NCBI GenBank assembly: GCA_963840855.1 | Contig: CAWJBB010000021.1 | Span: 1 to 64,000, forward strand | DNA: 64,000 bases | Reading direction: 5' to 3' | DNA from: an uncultured delta proteobacterium | Lineage (GTDB): Bacteria; Desulfobacterota; Binatia; UBA9968 | Shown: positions 21,006 to 31,278 of the stretch, piece by piece | Layout of the letters: every line of letters begins with the position of its first letter | Position numbering within the stretch: the stretch's first letter is position 1 | Notes under the pieces: generated by a model | Told to the model about the DNA's origin: nothing | The model's input: the letters and a program-made list of their open reading frames with translations, nothing else | Database searches by the model: none | Translations under genes and position numbers: made by a program

Positions 21006-22202
21006 CTAGACCCTTGGAGCGACCGTGCCGACCACGAAGTCGGCGCCCACGGCCTGGGGTAACGCCCATTTTTTTAGCGGCCGGCCCTTGGCGAGGGCGC
21101 TCAACTCGCGTTGCCATATTTTCCGAAAGAGAATTATCCCGGCGTCGGACCGGCCCAGATGCTCCTGCTTGCGATCGGCGACAACTCCCTGACCGGCTTG
21201 CGAAACATAGTCCTGGGCATGGATAAGCGAAATCTTGTCGTTGGTGAGCTTGGGCAGGTCCGCGAAATCCAACTTGCCCCGCAGCACCGACTCGCCGGCA
21301 GCGACGACCGAGAAAGTTTCTCCAGCGATCATTGCAGCGCGGCTCTGGCGATAATGGCGCGCCGCCTCGCCGGTGAGGGGCACCAGCCGCAGGCGAAATT
21401 GCAATGAATGCTCATCGTCGAGGGGCACATCCCACTGAAAGCGGTCGTCCCACGGGATATCTTTATCCGGCGACGGATTCCTGAAGGTGTAACCGTTGGG
21501 CATGATGAACTGCAGCACGTTGGTCCAGCCACCCGGAAAGGTGGCGTAGCCCGTGGTGCCCCAGTGGCTTTCTTTCTTTGAGATCGTAGGTAAACCGCTG
21601 CGTATGTCGGTGGATAGATAGGCGCCGCGGTGCACAAACGGCACATGGAAAGTATCGCCGTTATTATCTGTCCGTTGGAAGAAGTTGCACGGCCATACTT
21701 GCACCGGCAAGACTTCCAGCACGCCTTCTTTCTCGAAATGCGGATAGCGTGGAAACGGCGGCGCTTCGCCTTCGCCGAGATAGGTGAAGATGAGCCCGAG
21801 ATACTCGCGAGTCGGGCAGCTGCGGATGCGAATTTTTTTGGCGAAGGATTTATCTTCGGCGGGTTGCTCCAGACACTGCCCCGTGCTGTCGTAAAGCCAG
21901 CCGTGATACATGCAGCGGATGCAGTCCCCCTCAACCCAGCCAGCGGACAACTGCGCGCCCCGATGGGCGCAGCGAAATCCGACGACGTGAGGGCTTCCAC
22001 CGCTGCCGCGATAGAGGGTAAAATCCTCGCTCATGATGCGAATCGGCTTTGCTTTTCCGGCGGGAAGATCTTCGGCGCGATAAATCGGCTGCCAGAACAT
22101 GCGCATGTATCGTCCCGCCAGGGTTCCGGGTGCGGTGCGAATCAGGTCCGCGAAGCTCAACTTTCCGCGGCCTTTCGTCTTCTTACGTTTCGTCGAAGCC
22201 AT
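21006..22202 (-). CDS. Rieske non-heme iron oxygenase alpha subunit (phthalate 4,5-dioxygenase-like)
   Basis: CAHRG...CMYHGW Rieske motif; DTFHVPFVH iron site; EHLGRSD. Confidence 0.92.
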   Translation of the reverse strand: MASTKRKKTKGRGKLSFADLIRTAPGTLAGRYMRMFWQPIYRAEDLPAGKAKPIRIMSEDFTLYRGSGGSPHVVGFRCAHRGAQLSAGWVEGDCIRCMYHGWLYDSTGQCLEQPAEDKSFAKKIRIRSCPTREYLGLIFTYLGEGEAPPFPRYPHFEKEGVLEVLPVQVWPCNFFQRTDNNGDTFHVPFVHRGAYLSTDIRSGLPTISKKESHWGTTGYATFPGGWTNVLQFIMPNGYTFRNPSPDKDIPWDDRFQWDVPLDDEHSLQFRLRLVPLTGEAARHYRQSRAAMIAGETFSVVAAGESVLRGKLDFADLPKLTNDKISLIHAQDYVSQAGQGVVADRKQEHLGRSDAGIILFRKIWQRELSALAKGRPLKKWALPQAVGADFVVGTVAPRV

Positions 22203-22376
22203 GACGCCTCCAGAGGTGATGCGTTTGAATCACGGCGTTTATTTACTACCGCGTGATGCCGGTGAGACCATCTACCTCTCTTACAAGAAAACTATTTCAA
22301 TTGACAGAAGCCGTAGGTTTCCTTAGACTCCGCCAGCTTTATGCGCAGATAACTTGATTTCCAAAAGGAGGGAGGC

Positions 22377-23384
22377 ATGAGAACGGCCATCCAAACAATG
22401 CGAATGAATCGAAGGCTGGTTTTGCGACTGGGACTATCTCTAATCGCCTTCATTTCGGTGAGCTTGTCTTGGTTAGGAGTCGCGATGGCGCAGAAGGCCC
22501 GCATTGCCATGCCGGCAAAGAGCATGACGTTTCTCAACTTCTATGTGGGGGACAAGTTTGGCGTCTACAAGGCCGAGGGTTTGGACCTCTCTTTGGAAGT
22601 CATAAAGACTGAGGTCGGTGTGGCCGGTATGGTCGCTGGGGAGATAGACTACACAACCGCCATAGGCTCGGCGATGCGCGCCGCCGCTACCGGGGTGCCA
22701 ATAAAAGCTACGATGTTCAGCATGGACAGAGTGATCATATATATGCTCGCCAAGCCCACGATCAAGTCGATCGAGGAACTGAAAGGCGGAAAGACTGTGG
22801 CTACGACGGGCCTGGTCGCGACTCCCACATACGCGGCGCGGGTGATGGCGCGGGCCCATGGCCTCAACCCCGATAAGGACTTGATATTCATTGCCACAGG
22901 CGATGTGGCCACGTCACTAACCGCGCTGCAAAGCGGCGCGGTGGATGTGGCCATGCTTTCCGTTCCCTTTAACTTCAAGGCGGAGGAATTAGGGTTTCGG
23001 AATCTTGGGAGCGCAGTCGACTATCTCCGCACACCCTTTGCCGGACTAGGAACATCCGACGCAAAGCTCAAGTCCAACCCCGGCCAGGTAAAACGTATGA
23101 TTCGCGCGACGCTCAAGGCAATGGAGTATACAAAGGACCCGGCAAACCAGGAAAGGGTGATCGGTTTATTGGTGGACGAGTTCAAGCTCGACCGCAATAC
23201 CGCAGCACTCTCGCTACAAGAGATCGTCAAGGCATTCACGAGAGATGGGACGATGCCGGAGGATGCCGTGAAGGCCGAGATCAAGGAGATCCGAGAGCAG
23301 GTAAAGCTCAAGGGGGAAGTCCCCGTGAGCCAGCTTGTCGATTACAAGCTCCTCATGGAAGTACTGGCGGAAATGAAGCGATGA
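22377..23384 (+). CDS. ABC solute-binding protein, NMT1/SsuA-like
   Basis: Signal peptide, GVYKAEGLD, HGLNPDKD; GGAGG RBS. Confidence 0.88.
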   Translation: MRTAIQTMRMNRRLVLRLGLSLIAFISVSLSWLGVAMAQKARIAMPAKSMTFLNFYVGDKFGVYKAEGLDLSLEVIKTEVGVAGMVAGEIDYTTAIGSAMRAAATGVPIKATMFSMDRVIIYMLAKPTIKSIEELKGGKTVATTGLVATPTYAARVMARAHGLNPDKDLIFIATGDVATSLTALQSGAVDVAMLSVPFNFKAEELGFRNLGSAVDYLRTPFAGLGTSDAKLKSNPGQVKRMIRATLKAMEYTKDPANQERVIGLLVDEFKLDRNTAALSLQEIVKAFTRDGTMPEDAVKAEIKEIREQVKLKGEVPVSQLVDYKLLMEVLAEMKR

Positions 23385-23421
23385 TTGGTGCTCGTGGTTC
23401 GTGGTCGTGATCGTATGAAAG

Positions 23422-23483
23422 AGTTTCTAGTTTCTGGTTTCTGATTTTCAAACTAGGAACTTGAAACTGGTAACTAGAAACTA
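23422..23483. repeat. GTTTCTA/TAGAAAC heptamer hairpin between convergent genes
   Basis: GTTTCTA-GTTTCTG-GTTTCTG ... TAGGAAC-TTGAAAC-TGGTAAC-TAGAAAC. Confidence 0.85.
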
Positions 23484-23484
23484 A

Positions 23485-24474
23485 TCAGAGGTACCCCTTC
23501 TCCCGATAGTACCTCTCCGCTCCCGGATGGAGCGGAAAATCCAGCGGCCCGGATTCGGTATGGGTGCATAGCGATCGCATCGACGGGGTTTCCATTGCGT
23601 CGTACGGAATCTCTTCACGAATCTTATCCAGCACGCCGGCGATGTGATACGCCAACGCATCGGGAAACTTTTCATGTACGACGATGGGCCAGCCGCTGAA
23701 GTCGACCACCGTCGTCGGCTCGTCGATGCCGTCGATGCGGCCATGATCCAAGCGCGCCCGCTGAAAGCCGTACTTCTCGAGCTTTTGCAGCACCGGTTCG
23801 GAATAAGACAGGAATTTCATCCCATGCTGCACGGCGACATCGCCCCAGGAGTCCATCCCCTCATCGATGACCATGTCTAGCTCGCCGGAAATGATCCCTG
23901 CGCGGCGCTGCGGATTGCTGGGTCGCACGACTTCGTCGACGGTGCCGCGCCACTCGATGAAATCCTGTTGAGAGATGCCGTGCGCTTTCAATAAGAATTT
24001 GATGGCGAAGTCAACGCAATCGTTCACCGCGATGGAGACTTTCATCGACGGCTGCTTTTCGATCAGCTCTTCCATCGTGCGCACGCCGAGCCGCGGCGAG
24101 ACGGCAACAACCAAACGGTCCCACGACGGAAACACGGCCAGCGCGCGCAGCGGCTGCTTTTTGCGAAACGGGCCGACGCCGCGCACGGCCATCGACGGGA
24201 TGATCGACGGATTGAGCCAGACGAGATCGAGCCTGCCGCTGGCCACAAGCTTGGCGCCGTTCAAACCACTGCACCACGCCGGGCTCACGCCTATGGTGAA
24301 CGGATACGGCGGACCGGCATGGCCTTTGCCGCCGGGCAGCTCGACCATCAGCTGAATCGCGCTGGTAAGCAGCGTCGGCACTTCTTCATAAAGACCTGAT
24401 AGAATCTTCGTCGCGATGCGCGCGCGCATCAAACTCGCGCTCATCGGCTTTACACTGCGGTCGTCGTAGGCCAC
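23485..24474 (-). CDS. TAXI-family TRAP solute-binding-like protein
   Basis: LRALAVFP and C-terminal FPLHPGAERYYREKG TAXI signature. Confidence 0.8.
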   Translation of the reverse strand: MAYDDRSVKPMSASLMRARIATKILSGLYEEVPTLLTSAIQLMVELPGGKGHAGPPYPFTIGVSPAWCSGLNGAKLVASGRLDLVWLNPSIIPSMAVRGVGPFRKKQPLRALAVFPSWDRLVVAVSPRLGVRTMEELIEKQPSMKVSIAVNDCVDFAIKFLLKAHGISQQDFIEWRGTVDEVVRPSNPQRRAGIISGELDMVIDEGMDSWGDVAVQHGMKFLSYSEPVLQKLEKYGFQRARLDHGRIDGIDEPTTVVDFSGWPIVVHEKFPDALAYHIAGVLDKIREEIPYDAMETPSMRSLCTHTESGPLDFPLHPGAERYYREKGYL

Positions 24475-24560
24475 TTTCCTTTTGCTCCTTGTTGTAGTGT
24501 AGGAAAACCAGAGCTAATAGGAAAATTTTTGACTGTCAACCCACTTGCCGCTGTGCTCCC

Positions 24561-24647
24561 GTTCAAAACGTTCGAGCCCTTCGGGGAGTTCACGGTTCAA
24601 ATGTTCAAAGTTCAAGGGCAGATATTTGGATAGCTCAAGTCGTTCAA
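24561..24647. repeat. GTTCAA tandem units (one orientation only)
   Basis: GTTCAAAAC-GTTCGAG ... GTTCAAAT-GTTCAAA-GTTCAAG ... GTTCAAT. Confidence 0.7.
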
Positions 24648-24694
24648 TGCCCACCTTCATTTCATTTCCCGCCAGAAGAGACGGTTCCTTTTCT

Positions 24695-25954
24695 ATGGCG
24701 AGCGGAAAGACTATAAACAGCAGATTACGCATAGACGCCTGGAAGGAGAACCAACCCATACAGATATTTTATTCCCTGCGCTACCGAGACTATACGCTGT
24801 TCTGGTCCAGCGATCTGCTGGGTTCCGTAGGCCATTTCGTACAGGAAGTTGCGCTCTATTGGATCGCCTATGAAATCACGGGCTCCGCGATGGCGTTGGG
24901 CATATTGGGATTGTGCGGCGCGGCGCCCCGTTTGATACTCGGCGCGCTCGGTGGCGTGTTGGTGGACCGCTACGACCGCAAGCTTTTGTTGATCCTGATT
25001 CAATTTTCCTCCACCGTGCCGGCGTTCATTTTTCTCGTCCTTTATTCCTGGGGAGCGCTTGAGTTTTGGCACCTTCTCGGGCTGGAGATTCTTTTCGGTT
25101 CGATCCGCTCCATAAACCCGTCGGCGTCCCAATCCATCATAGGAGAGTTAGTGCCGCGCGAGCATTTGATGAATGCCGTCTCGCTATACACCATCGGCTT
25201 TAACATCGCCCGAATCATGGGTCCCTCGCTGGGAGGTATTCTGGTTATATGGATCGGTATCGGAGGTTGTTATGCGGTCTTTGCGGCGAGCCTGATTCTA
25301 TCGGGAGTGGGAATGTCGTTTATTCGCCCGAGGGACGCAAAAACAGTCGATCCAGCGCAGAACTTCCTGCGCGAATTCAAGGAAGGCTTTCAATACGTTT
25401 GGGATTCCCCCGTGATCCTGAGTAGCATCGTGGCGGCCTATACCTTCGCTGTTTTCGTCGTCACCTATCAGAGTTTCCTGCCGGTCTTCGCCAAAGAGGT
25501 TCTCGCGGTCGGTCCCGATGGTCTGGGATTGCTCATGGCCGCGCCGGGAGTGGGCGGCATCGCATGCCTGACTTTTCTCGCCGCGGCGGGAGAGCGCTGG
25601 AACCGGGCGATGCTCCTCTGGATCACGACGACGGTCACGCCTATTTTTCTAATTCTTTTTTGCCTGTCACCCATATTTTGGCTCTCAGTTGTCCTACTCG
25701 CCCTGGTGGGCGCCGGTCAGGTCAGTTTTCGCACCATCAGCCGCGTGATCATTCAGATCGAAGCGCCGCGGGACCTACTTGGGCGGGTGATGAGTGTTTT
25801 CAATTTGGACCAGGGAATGCGCTCCGTGGGTTCCATCGTAATGGGCGCCTCCGCCACGATCCTCGGCGCCTCCCTAGGTCTCGCCCTCACCGCCGCAATG
25901 TCCTTGATCATCACCACAATGCTTTTTTACCGCTTGCTGGCGAGAAAAAACTGA
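24695..25954 (+). CDS. MFS transporter
   Basis: GGVLVDRYDRK, hydrophobic segments. Start placed after the repeat tract. Confidence 0.88.
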   Translation: MASGKTINSRLRIDAWKENQPIQIFYSLRYRDYTLFWSSDLLGSVGHFVQEVALYWIAYEITGSAMALGILGLCGAAPRLILGALGGVLVDRYDRKLLLILIQFSSTVPAFIFLVLYSWGALEFWHLLGLEILFGSIRSINPSASQSIIGELVPREHLMNAVSLYTIGFNIARIMGPSLGGILVIWIGIGGCYAVFAASLILSGVGMSFIRPRDAKTVDPAQNFLREFKEGFQYVWDSPVILSSIVAAYTFAVFVVTYQSFLPVFAKEVLAVGPDGLGLLMAAPGVGGIACLTFLAAAGERWNRAMLLWITTTVTPIFLILFCLSPIFWLSVVLLALVGAGQVSFRTISRVIIQIEAPRDLLGRVMSVFNLDQGMRSVGSIVMGASATILGASLGLALTAAMSLIITTMLFYRLLARKN

Positions 25955-26189
25955 AATCTATACCGACGTCTTAGATCGCGGCAGGAAGGGAGTCCTAAAT
26001 CCGGCGGATGGTTGGCAGTTCCGAATCGGTAGCAGTGTATTAATCATTCACTGACCAGCGTATGGCGGAGTGACTTCGCGTTTAAAAAATTGACAGGCAC
26101 TCGAAATCCTTATAGAAGTCGGCTGTGTCTAAAGTCTTTAGTGGTAGGATTTTGGGCAGCAGACTTGGCAATCGCCCAGGAGGACAATA

Positions 26190-26624
26190 ATGAAATTCGA
26201 GGGTTTCCTGCATCTCAACATCCGGTGCTCACCGAAGGATATTCCCGCGATCGAGAGGTTCTACGGCGACGTGCTCGGCTTGAAGACGGGTTACCGTCCC
26301 AATTTCAAGTTCGGCGGCATCTGGCTCTACGACGGCGACGATCCTCTCATCCACGTTAGCGCGCGCTTCCCGCAGGGCTCGATCGTAAAGGACAAGCATA
26401 GCGGCAGCGTGGACCACATCGCGTTCAAGGCTTCGGGCGCGGTCAAGTTCCGCAAGCACCTGAAGAAGCTCGGGATAGTTTTCGAGGAGCAGAACATCGA
26501 GAACGCGGGCTACCAGGTGTTCCTCTACGATCCCATGGGCACCAAGCTCGAGTTCAACTTCCTCAACGAGCAGGTTGCCGACGCCGTGCCTCTCGGCACG
26601 ACGGCCGAGGCAAACATGCGGTAG
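26190..26624 (+). CDS. VOC/glyoxalase family protein
   Basis: HLNIR, FYGDVLGL, VDHIAF, DPMGTKLE; AGGAGG RBS. Confidence 0.88.
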   Translation: MKFEGFLHLNIRCSPKDIPAIERFYGDVLGLKTGYRPNFKFGGIWLYDGDDPLIHVSARFPQGSIVKDKHSGSVDHIAFKASGAVKFRKHLKKLGIVFEEQNIENAGYQVFLYDPMGTKLEFNFLNEQVADAVPLGTTAEANMR

Positions 26625-26800
26625 CGGTAGCACCAGCGGGGGAGGAAAAGGGGTCTTATTGATGCTCAATACAAAAAGGGGTCACCCATTAGCAGGCAGG
26701 TCAAGAAGCACAGACGTTTCGATAGGAATTCTTCTTGTTCCCTTTTTTCAACTCCGTGATCCGTGATCTCTGAGAACGCGCCCCTGTTTTCAATCTATCG

Positions 26801-26998
26801 GTGTCGCACCAGTTGGTCCGCACCAGTCACCCATCAGGATCAAGGCTGTGGAGTGATCCCAATAAGGAAATCCTCTCCCGCCCCTGGCAAGTTAACTTGC
26901 CCCAGAAAACTGTCGGCACCACGTCGCGTCCAAGGTATTTGGGATTCACAAATCGTGTGGCTCTCCCTGTTCGGGCAGCTCAACCTTTTAGCTTTTAA
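26801..26998 (+). pseudogene. Possible highly eroded integron integrase C-terminal remnant
   Basis: QVNLPQKTVGTT....YLGFTNRVALPV aligns by eye to [24 protein letters not shown] of the intI at 55430, in the same position relative to the duplicated platform. Confidence 0.35.
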
Positions 26999-27009
26999 CA
27001 CGTCTCTCT

Positions 27010-27201
27010 CCCGGGAATAGACTGGGGGCCAATAGTGGGATAGTGCCGCCACGCCGGCAGCAATTGCCCGAAAATGTGGCTTGACTTTCGCGTCGCAAGT
27101 GAGTGATACAGTTCAACAAGTAATCTTACAAGTCGCGTCGAGCGGTTTGGGATAGGCGGCAGCAACCGCGCGGCCTAAACAGCTTATTTAAATGGTTAGG
27201 C
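27010..27201 (+). promoter_or_regulatory. Second integron platform copy (putative Pc promoter + attI, core GTTAGGC 27195-27201)
   Basis: Aligns to the reverse complement of 55225-55415; 27081-27125 vs 55301-55345 match at 42 of 45 bases; shared GGCCTAAACAGCT...GTTAG end. Confidence 0.75.
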
Positions 27202-27231
27202 ATTACCGTCAACGATTGAAAGGAGAGGAGT

Positions 27232-27921
27232 ATGAATAAGTATGGGGCAGAGTTCTTTGGGACATTCTGGCTGGTCCTTGGTGGATGCGGCAGTGCGGTG
27301 TTGGCCGCTGCATTTCCGAACGTGGGCATCGGTCTACTTGGCGTTTCGCTCGCCTTCGGTCTGACAGTGCTGACGATGGCTTACGCGATTGGACACATAT
27401 CTGGCTGCCACCTCAATCCAGCGGTGTCTGTCGGGCTCTGGGCTGGTGGTCGTTTCCCAGCGAACCAACTCCTCCCTTACATCGTCGCGCAGGTCTTGGG
27501 GGCGATTGTCGCGGGCGGCGTCCTCTATCTCATTGCCAGCGGCAAAGCCGGCTTTGATGTATCCGCTGGTTTCGCTTCAAATGGCTACGGTGCCCATTCG
27601 CCTGGTGGGTACTCCTTTCTGGCAGCTCTGATCACTGAAGTTGTCATGACCATGATGTTCTTGATCATCATTCTCGGTGCAACCGACAAACTCGCGCCGC
27701 AAGGCTTCGCGCCGCTTGCGATTGGCCTGGGGCTTACGTTGATTCACTTGATCAGCATTCCAGTGACGAATACCTCCGTAAACCCGGCGCGCAGCACGGG
27801 TGTTGGCGTGTTTGTTGGAGATTGGGCTGTTGCGCAGTTATGGCTTTTCTGGGTGGCCCCCATCGCCGGAGGCCTCCTTGGCGCGGCCATCTATCGGTGC
27901 ATAGGAAAAACAGAGGATTGA
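27232..27921 (+). CDS. aqpZ: Aquaporin Z
   Basis: [38 protein letters not shown] (two NPA motifs). Confidence 0.97.
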   Translation: MNKYGAEFFGTFWLVLGGCGSAVLAAAFPNVGIGLLGVSLAFGLTVLTMAYAIGHISGCHLNPAVSVGLWAGGRFPANQLLPYIVAQVLGAIVAGGVLYLIASGKAGFDVSAGFASNGYGAHSPGGYSFLAALITEVVMTMMFLIIILGATDKLAPQGFAPLAIGLGLTLIHLISIPVTNTSVNPARSTGVGVFVGDWAVAQLWLFWVAPIAGGLLGAAIYRCIGKTED

Positions 27922-27995
27922 TCAATATCCGCGCCGCCGCTGAACCGGAGCGGTTGGGTATCAATCCTAAGCGGAAACGAGCGAGAGAGAGCTGA

Positions 27996-28910
27996 ATGTT
28001 GAGTCAAGGGCTTAAGGGAAAGGTTGCATTGGTCGCCGGAGCGACCCGAGGAGCGGGACGAGGGATAGCCGTGCAGTTAGGTGCGGCCGGAGCGACCGTC
28101 TACGTCACCGGGCGAACGACCCGGTCCGAGCGATCGGAAATGAACCGGCCGGAGACCATCGAAGAGACCGCGGCTCTCGTGGATGAAGCCGGCGGCCGCG
28201 GGATCGCGGTCCAGGTAGACCATCTCGTCCCCGACCAGGTGCGCGCGCTGGTGACTCGCATCGAAGGCGAACAGGGCGGCCTGCACGTTCTCGTGAACGA
28301 TATCTGGGGAGCCACGACGATGGAGTGGAACAAATCAGTTTGGGAATCCACTTTGGATATTGGGCTGCGCACCTTGCGCCTGGGCGTGGACACGCACGCT
28401 ATCACCAGCCACTTCGCGCTACCGCTGCTCATCAAGACGCCGGGCGGCCTGGTCGTCGAGGTGACTGACGGAACTGACGAGTACAACGCGACCAACTACC
28501 GGGTCTCCTTCTTCTACGACCTGGCCAAGGCGTCAGTGAATCGAATGGCGTTCGCGCTGGCGCACGAGTTGCAGCCGTACGGCGCGACGGCCGTGTCGCT
28601 CACTCCGGGTTGGCTGCGGTCAGAGTTCATGCTCGAGGAGTTCGGCGTCACCGAAGCGAACTGGCGTGAAGCGACAACGCGCGTGCCGCACTTCGCTATT
28701 TCCGAGAGTCCAGCGTTCGTCGGCCGGGCCGTAGCAGCGCTCGCACAAGATCCCGACGTGTCGCGCTGGAACGGAAAGTCGCTGTCCAGCGGGCAGCTGG
28801 CGAAGATCTACGGCTTCACCGATCTCGATGGCAGCCAACCCGATGCCTGGAGGTACGTCGTCGAAGTTCAGGACGCAGGCAAACCCGCCGACGTAACCGG
28901 CTACAGGTAA
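27996..28910 (+). CDS. SDR oxidoreductase
   Basis: VAGATRGAGRG, YDLAK, DLDGSQPD. Confidence 0.92.
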   Translation: MLSQGLKGKVALVAGATRGAGRGIAVQLGAAGATVYVTGRTTRSERSEMNRPETIEETAALVDEAGGRGIAVQVDHLVPDQVRALVTRIEGEQGGLHVLVNDIWGATTMEWNKSVWESTLDIGLRTLRLGVDTHAITSHFALPLLIKTPGGLVVEVTDGTDEYNATNYRVSFFYDLAKASVNRMAFALAHELQPYGATAVSLTPGWLRSEFMLEEFGVTEANWREATTRVPHFAISESPAFVGRAVAALAQDPDVSRWNGKSLSSGQLAKIYGFTDLDGSQPDAWRYVVEVQDAGKPADVTGYR

Positions 28911-29107
28911 CGTCGCCGGTCCAACAAGGGCATGCCGGCGACGCCATCGAGAACGCGGTAAAAAAATATCCTGATCGCTAAAGTTTCTTGCCACTGGCAT
29001 GAAGTCCGGCGTTCACAGCTAACGCTCCATCACTCCAAGTCTTGCGGCTTGTCTTTCACCACCCGTGCAGATATAGCCAAAGACAAATCTCCAACCGAGG
29101 TGGACCC

Positions 29108-30118
29108 ATGCAACTCCCGCCCATCGCCGCAACGACCATCGGCAGTTTTCCACGCCCTGCTTGGCTCGCACAAACGGATCGAAGTCGCGCTATATTTCGC
29201 CTCGAAGGCGCGGCATTGAAAGAAGCGCAGGACGACGCTACGGCCCTAAGCATACGAAAGCAGGAACAAATGGGGCTTGATCTGCTTTCCGACGGCGAGC
29301 AGCGCAGGACTGGTTTCATCAATCATATCCTCGCCGCTTTCGACGGTATCGACCTTACCCAGGAGGGGTTGAAAAAGATCTACCGCCGCCGCGAGCAGGA
29401 ACGCACCGTGCCGCGCATCGTCGGCAAAATCAAAAGGCGTGGGCCCGCCATCGTCGATGATCTTCTTTTCGCCAAATCGCAGACCACCAAGCCGATCAAG
29501 ATGGACGTGCCGGGGCCGATGACGGTCGTCGACAGCACACTCGATGAATTCTACAAAGACGAGGCCGTCATGGCGATGGACGTAGCCGCGGCGCTCAACG
29601 AGGAGCTTCGCGACCTCCAAGCGGCAGGCTGCGACGTGATCGAAATCGACGAGCCGGCCATGACCCGATACCACGAAAAAGTATTTGCCTACGGCGCCAA
29701 GGCCCTCGACCGCTGCCTAGAAGGCATCACTGTCCCCACTTTCGTTCATCTCTGTTACGGCTACCCCGGCGGCGCCGGACAACAGCATGAGTACGAGTAT
29801 CCGGAGCTGCTCGAAGAATTGATGAAAACAAAGATCGGCGGCTTCGGCGTCGAATTCGCCCGCAGCAACTACGATCCCGCGGTGCTTGGCATCGCCAAAG
29901 GCCGGCTCGTCATGTTCGGCTGCGTCGATCCCAGCGACACACCCGTCCCTCCTCTCGCACAAGTCGTTGAGCGCGTGCGTACGGCGTTGAAATACATCGA
30001 TCCCCATAATCTATTACTCGCACCCGATTGCGGTCTCATGACGATCAGCCGCGAGCTGGCCAATGCCAAAGCGAAATTGCTTGTGGATGTGGCTAGGGAA
30101 TGCCGCCGGACGCTCTGA
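29108..30118 (+). CDS. Cobalamin-independent methionine synthase II family protein
   Basis: TTIGSFPRP, SDGEQRR, IDEP, HLCYG, APDCG zinc ligands. Confidence 0.9.
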   Translation: MQLPPIAATTIGSFPRPAWLAQTDRSRAIFRLEGAALKEAQDDATALSIRKQEQMGLDLLSDGEQRRTGFINHILAAFDGIDLTQEGLKKIYRRREQERTVPRIVGKIKRRGPAIVDDLLFAKSQTTKPIKMDVPGPMTVVDSTLDEFYKDEAVMAMDVAAALNEELRDLQAAGCDVIEIDEPAMTRYHEKVFAYGAKALDRCLEGITVPTFVHLCYGYPGGAGQQHEYEYPELLEELMKTKIGGFGVEFARSNYDPAVLGIAKGRLVMFGCVDPSDTPVPPLAQVVERVRTALKYIDPHNLLLAPDCGLMTISRELANAKAKLLVDVARECRRTL

Positions 30119-30138
30119 TACAGAGAGGAGTGAAGATC

Positions 30139-31164
30139 ATGCCAACCGGCACTGCCTTTGAGCATCTCAAAGAGTTGCATGAGAAATACGCGCGCTCAGA
30201 TTTGCGCGGCATGTGGCAGCGCGACGGGGCGAGCCTGCCAAAGCTTCAGCCGCGGCTTTGGGCCTGGCAGGAAGTCGCGCCGCTTCTCGAGGAGTCTCTC
30301 AGAACAGTTCGCCTGCCCGAAGACACCGACCAGCGCGTTATCGGGTTGACTGCTCCGGAATTTTCCAGCCGCGCGGTTTACGTGTCTTACCAACTTCTCA
30401 ACCCTGGAGAGAAAGTCCCCTCCCACCGTCACACCCCAGCGCAGATGCGGTTTATCATTCAAGGCAAGGGCGCTTATACGACTTCCGACGGCGAACGCAT
30501 GTTTATGGAGCCAGGCGATCTTCTCGTGCAACCCAACTGGAGTTGGCATGGGACGGCTAACATCGGCGAAGGACCGGTGTACTGGCTGGATATTCAGGAC
30601 CGTAACCTGGTGAATTATCTCGGCGCGTTCCGGCGCGAACTCTGGCCCGATGGCGAGGTACAACCCACCGTCCATCCGGAAAATTACTACGCCAAGGTCG
30701 CCGGCGCGCTGCGACCGGTAAAACCTGCCGGCGCGCCGGAGATTCTTCCGCCCACCCATTACAAATGGCGCGACACACTAGAGGCCGTCAATGAGATGGA
30801 CGATCTCACCGAAACCGCGGCGGCGAATCCCTATGACGGTCTCATGTTCGAGTACACGAACCCGTCCACTGGCAGCCACACCGTGCCGACGCTCAGCGCG
30901 CAGATCCAGCTCTTGCGGCCGTCGCAAACGACGCGCGAGCACCGGCATACAGGGATGACGATGTATTACGTTGTCATGGGACAAGGGGCGACGACGGTCA
31001 ATGGCAGCGCGATGGAATGGCGCGAGCGGGATTGTTTCATGCTCCCGCCGTTACAGTGGCATTCGCATCAGAACGGCTCGAAGAACCAGCGTGCGATTCT
31101 TTTTACGGTCAGCGATCGCCCGGTGCTCGAAACGCTGGGTCTCTACTATGAAGAGGGACGCTGA
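30139..31164 (+). CDS. Bicupin, gentisate 1,2-dioxygenase-like
   Basis: SHRHT...WSWHGT and EHRHT...WHSHQN; SDRPVLETLGLY. Confidence 0.88.
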   Translation: MPTGTAFEHLKELHEKYARSDLRGMWQRDGASLPKLQPRLWAWQEVAPLLEESLRTVRLPEDTDQRVIGLTAPEFSSRAVYVSYQLLNPGEKVPSHRHTPAQMRFIIQGKGAYTTSDGERMFMEPGDLLVQPNWSWHGTANIGEGPVYWLDIQDRNLVNYLGAFRRELWPDGEVQPTVHPENYYAKVAGALRPVKPAGAPEILPPTHYKWRDTLEAVNEMDDLTETAAANPYDGLMFEYTNPSTGSHTVPTLSAQIQLLRPSQTTREHRHTGMTMYYVVMGQGATTVNGSAMEWRERDCFMLPPLQWHSHQNGSKNQRAILFTVSDRPVLETLGLYYEEGR

Positions 31165-31203
31165 ACAGCTGGAAGCATGCGCAAAAATGATTCGCAGGGG
31201 AAA

Positions 31204-31260
31204 AGTTTCTCGTTCCTGGTTTCTGGTTAACTAGGAACTTGAAACCCGAAACTAGAAACT
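31204..31260. repeat. GTTTCTA/TAGAAAC heptamer hairpin inside an operon
   Basis: GTTTCTC-GTTCCTG-GTTTCTG-GTTAAC-TAGGAAC-TTGAAAC-CCGAAAC-TAGAAAC. Confidence 0.85.
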
Positions 31261-31278
31261 GCGACAAGGGAGGCTACG

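Noticed and set aside
24545-24694. N-terminal extensions of ORFs 24545, 11923, 59886 and 39192
   Set aside because: They are translations of the tandem-unit repeat tracts, so later starts are more plausible.
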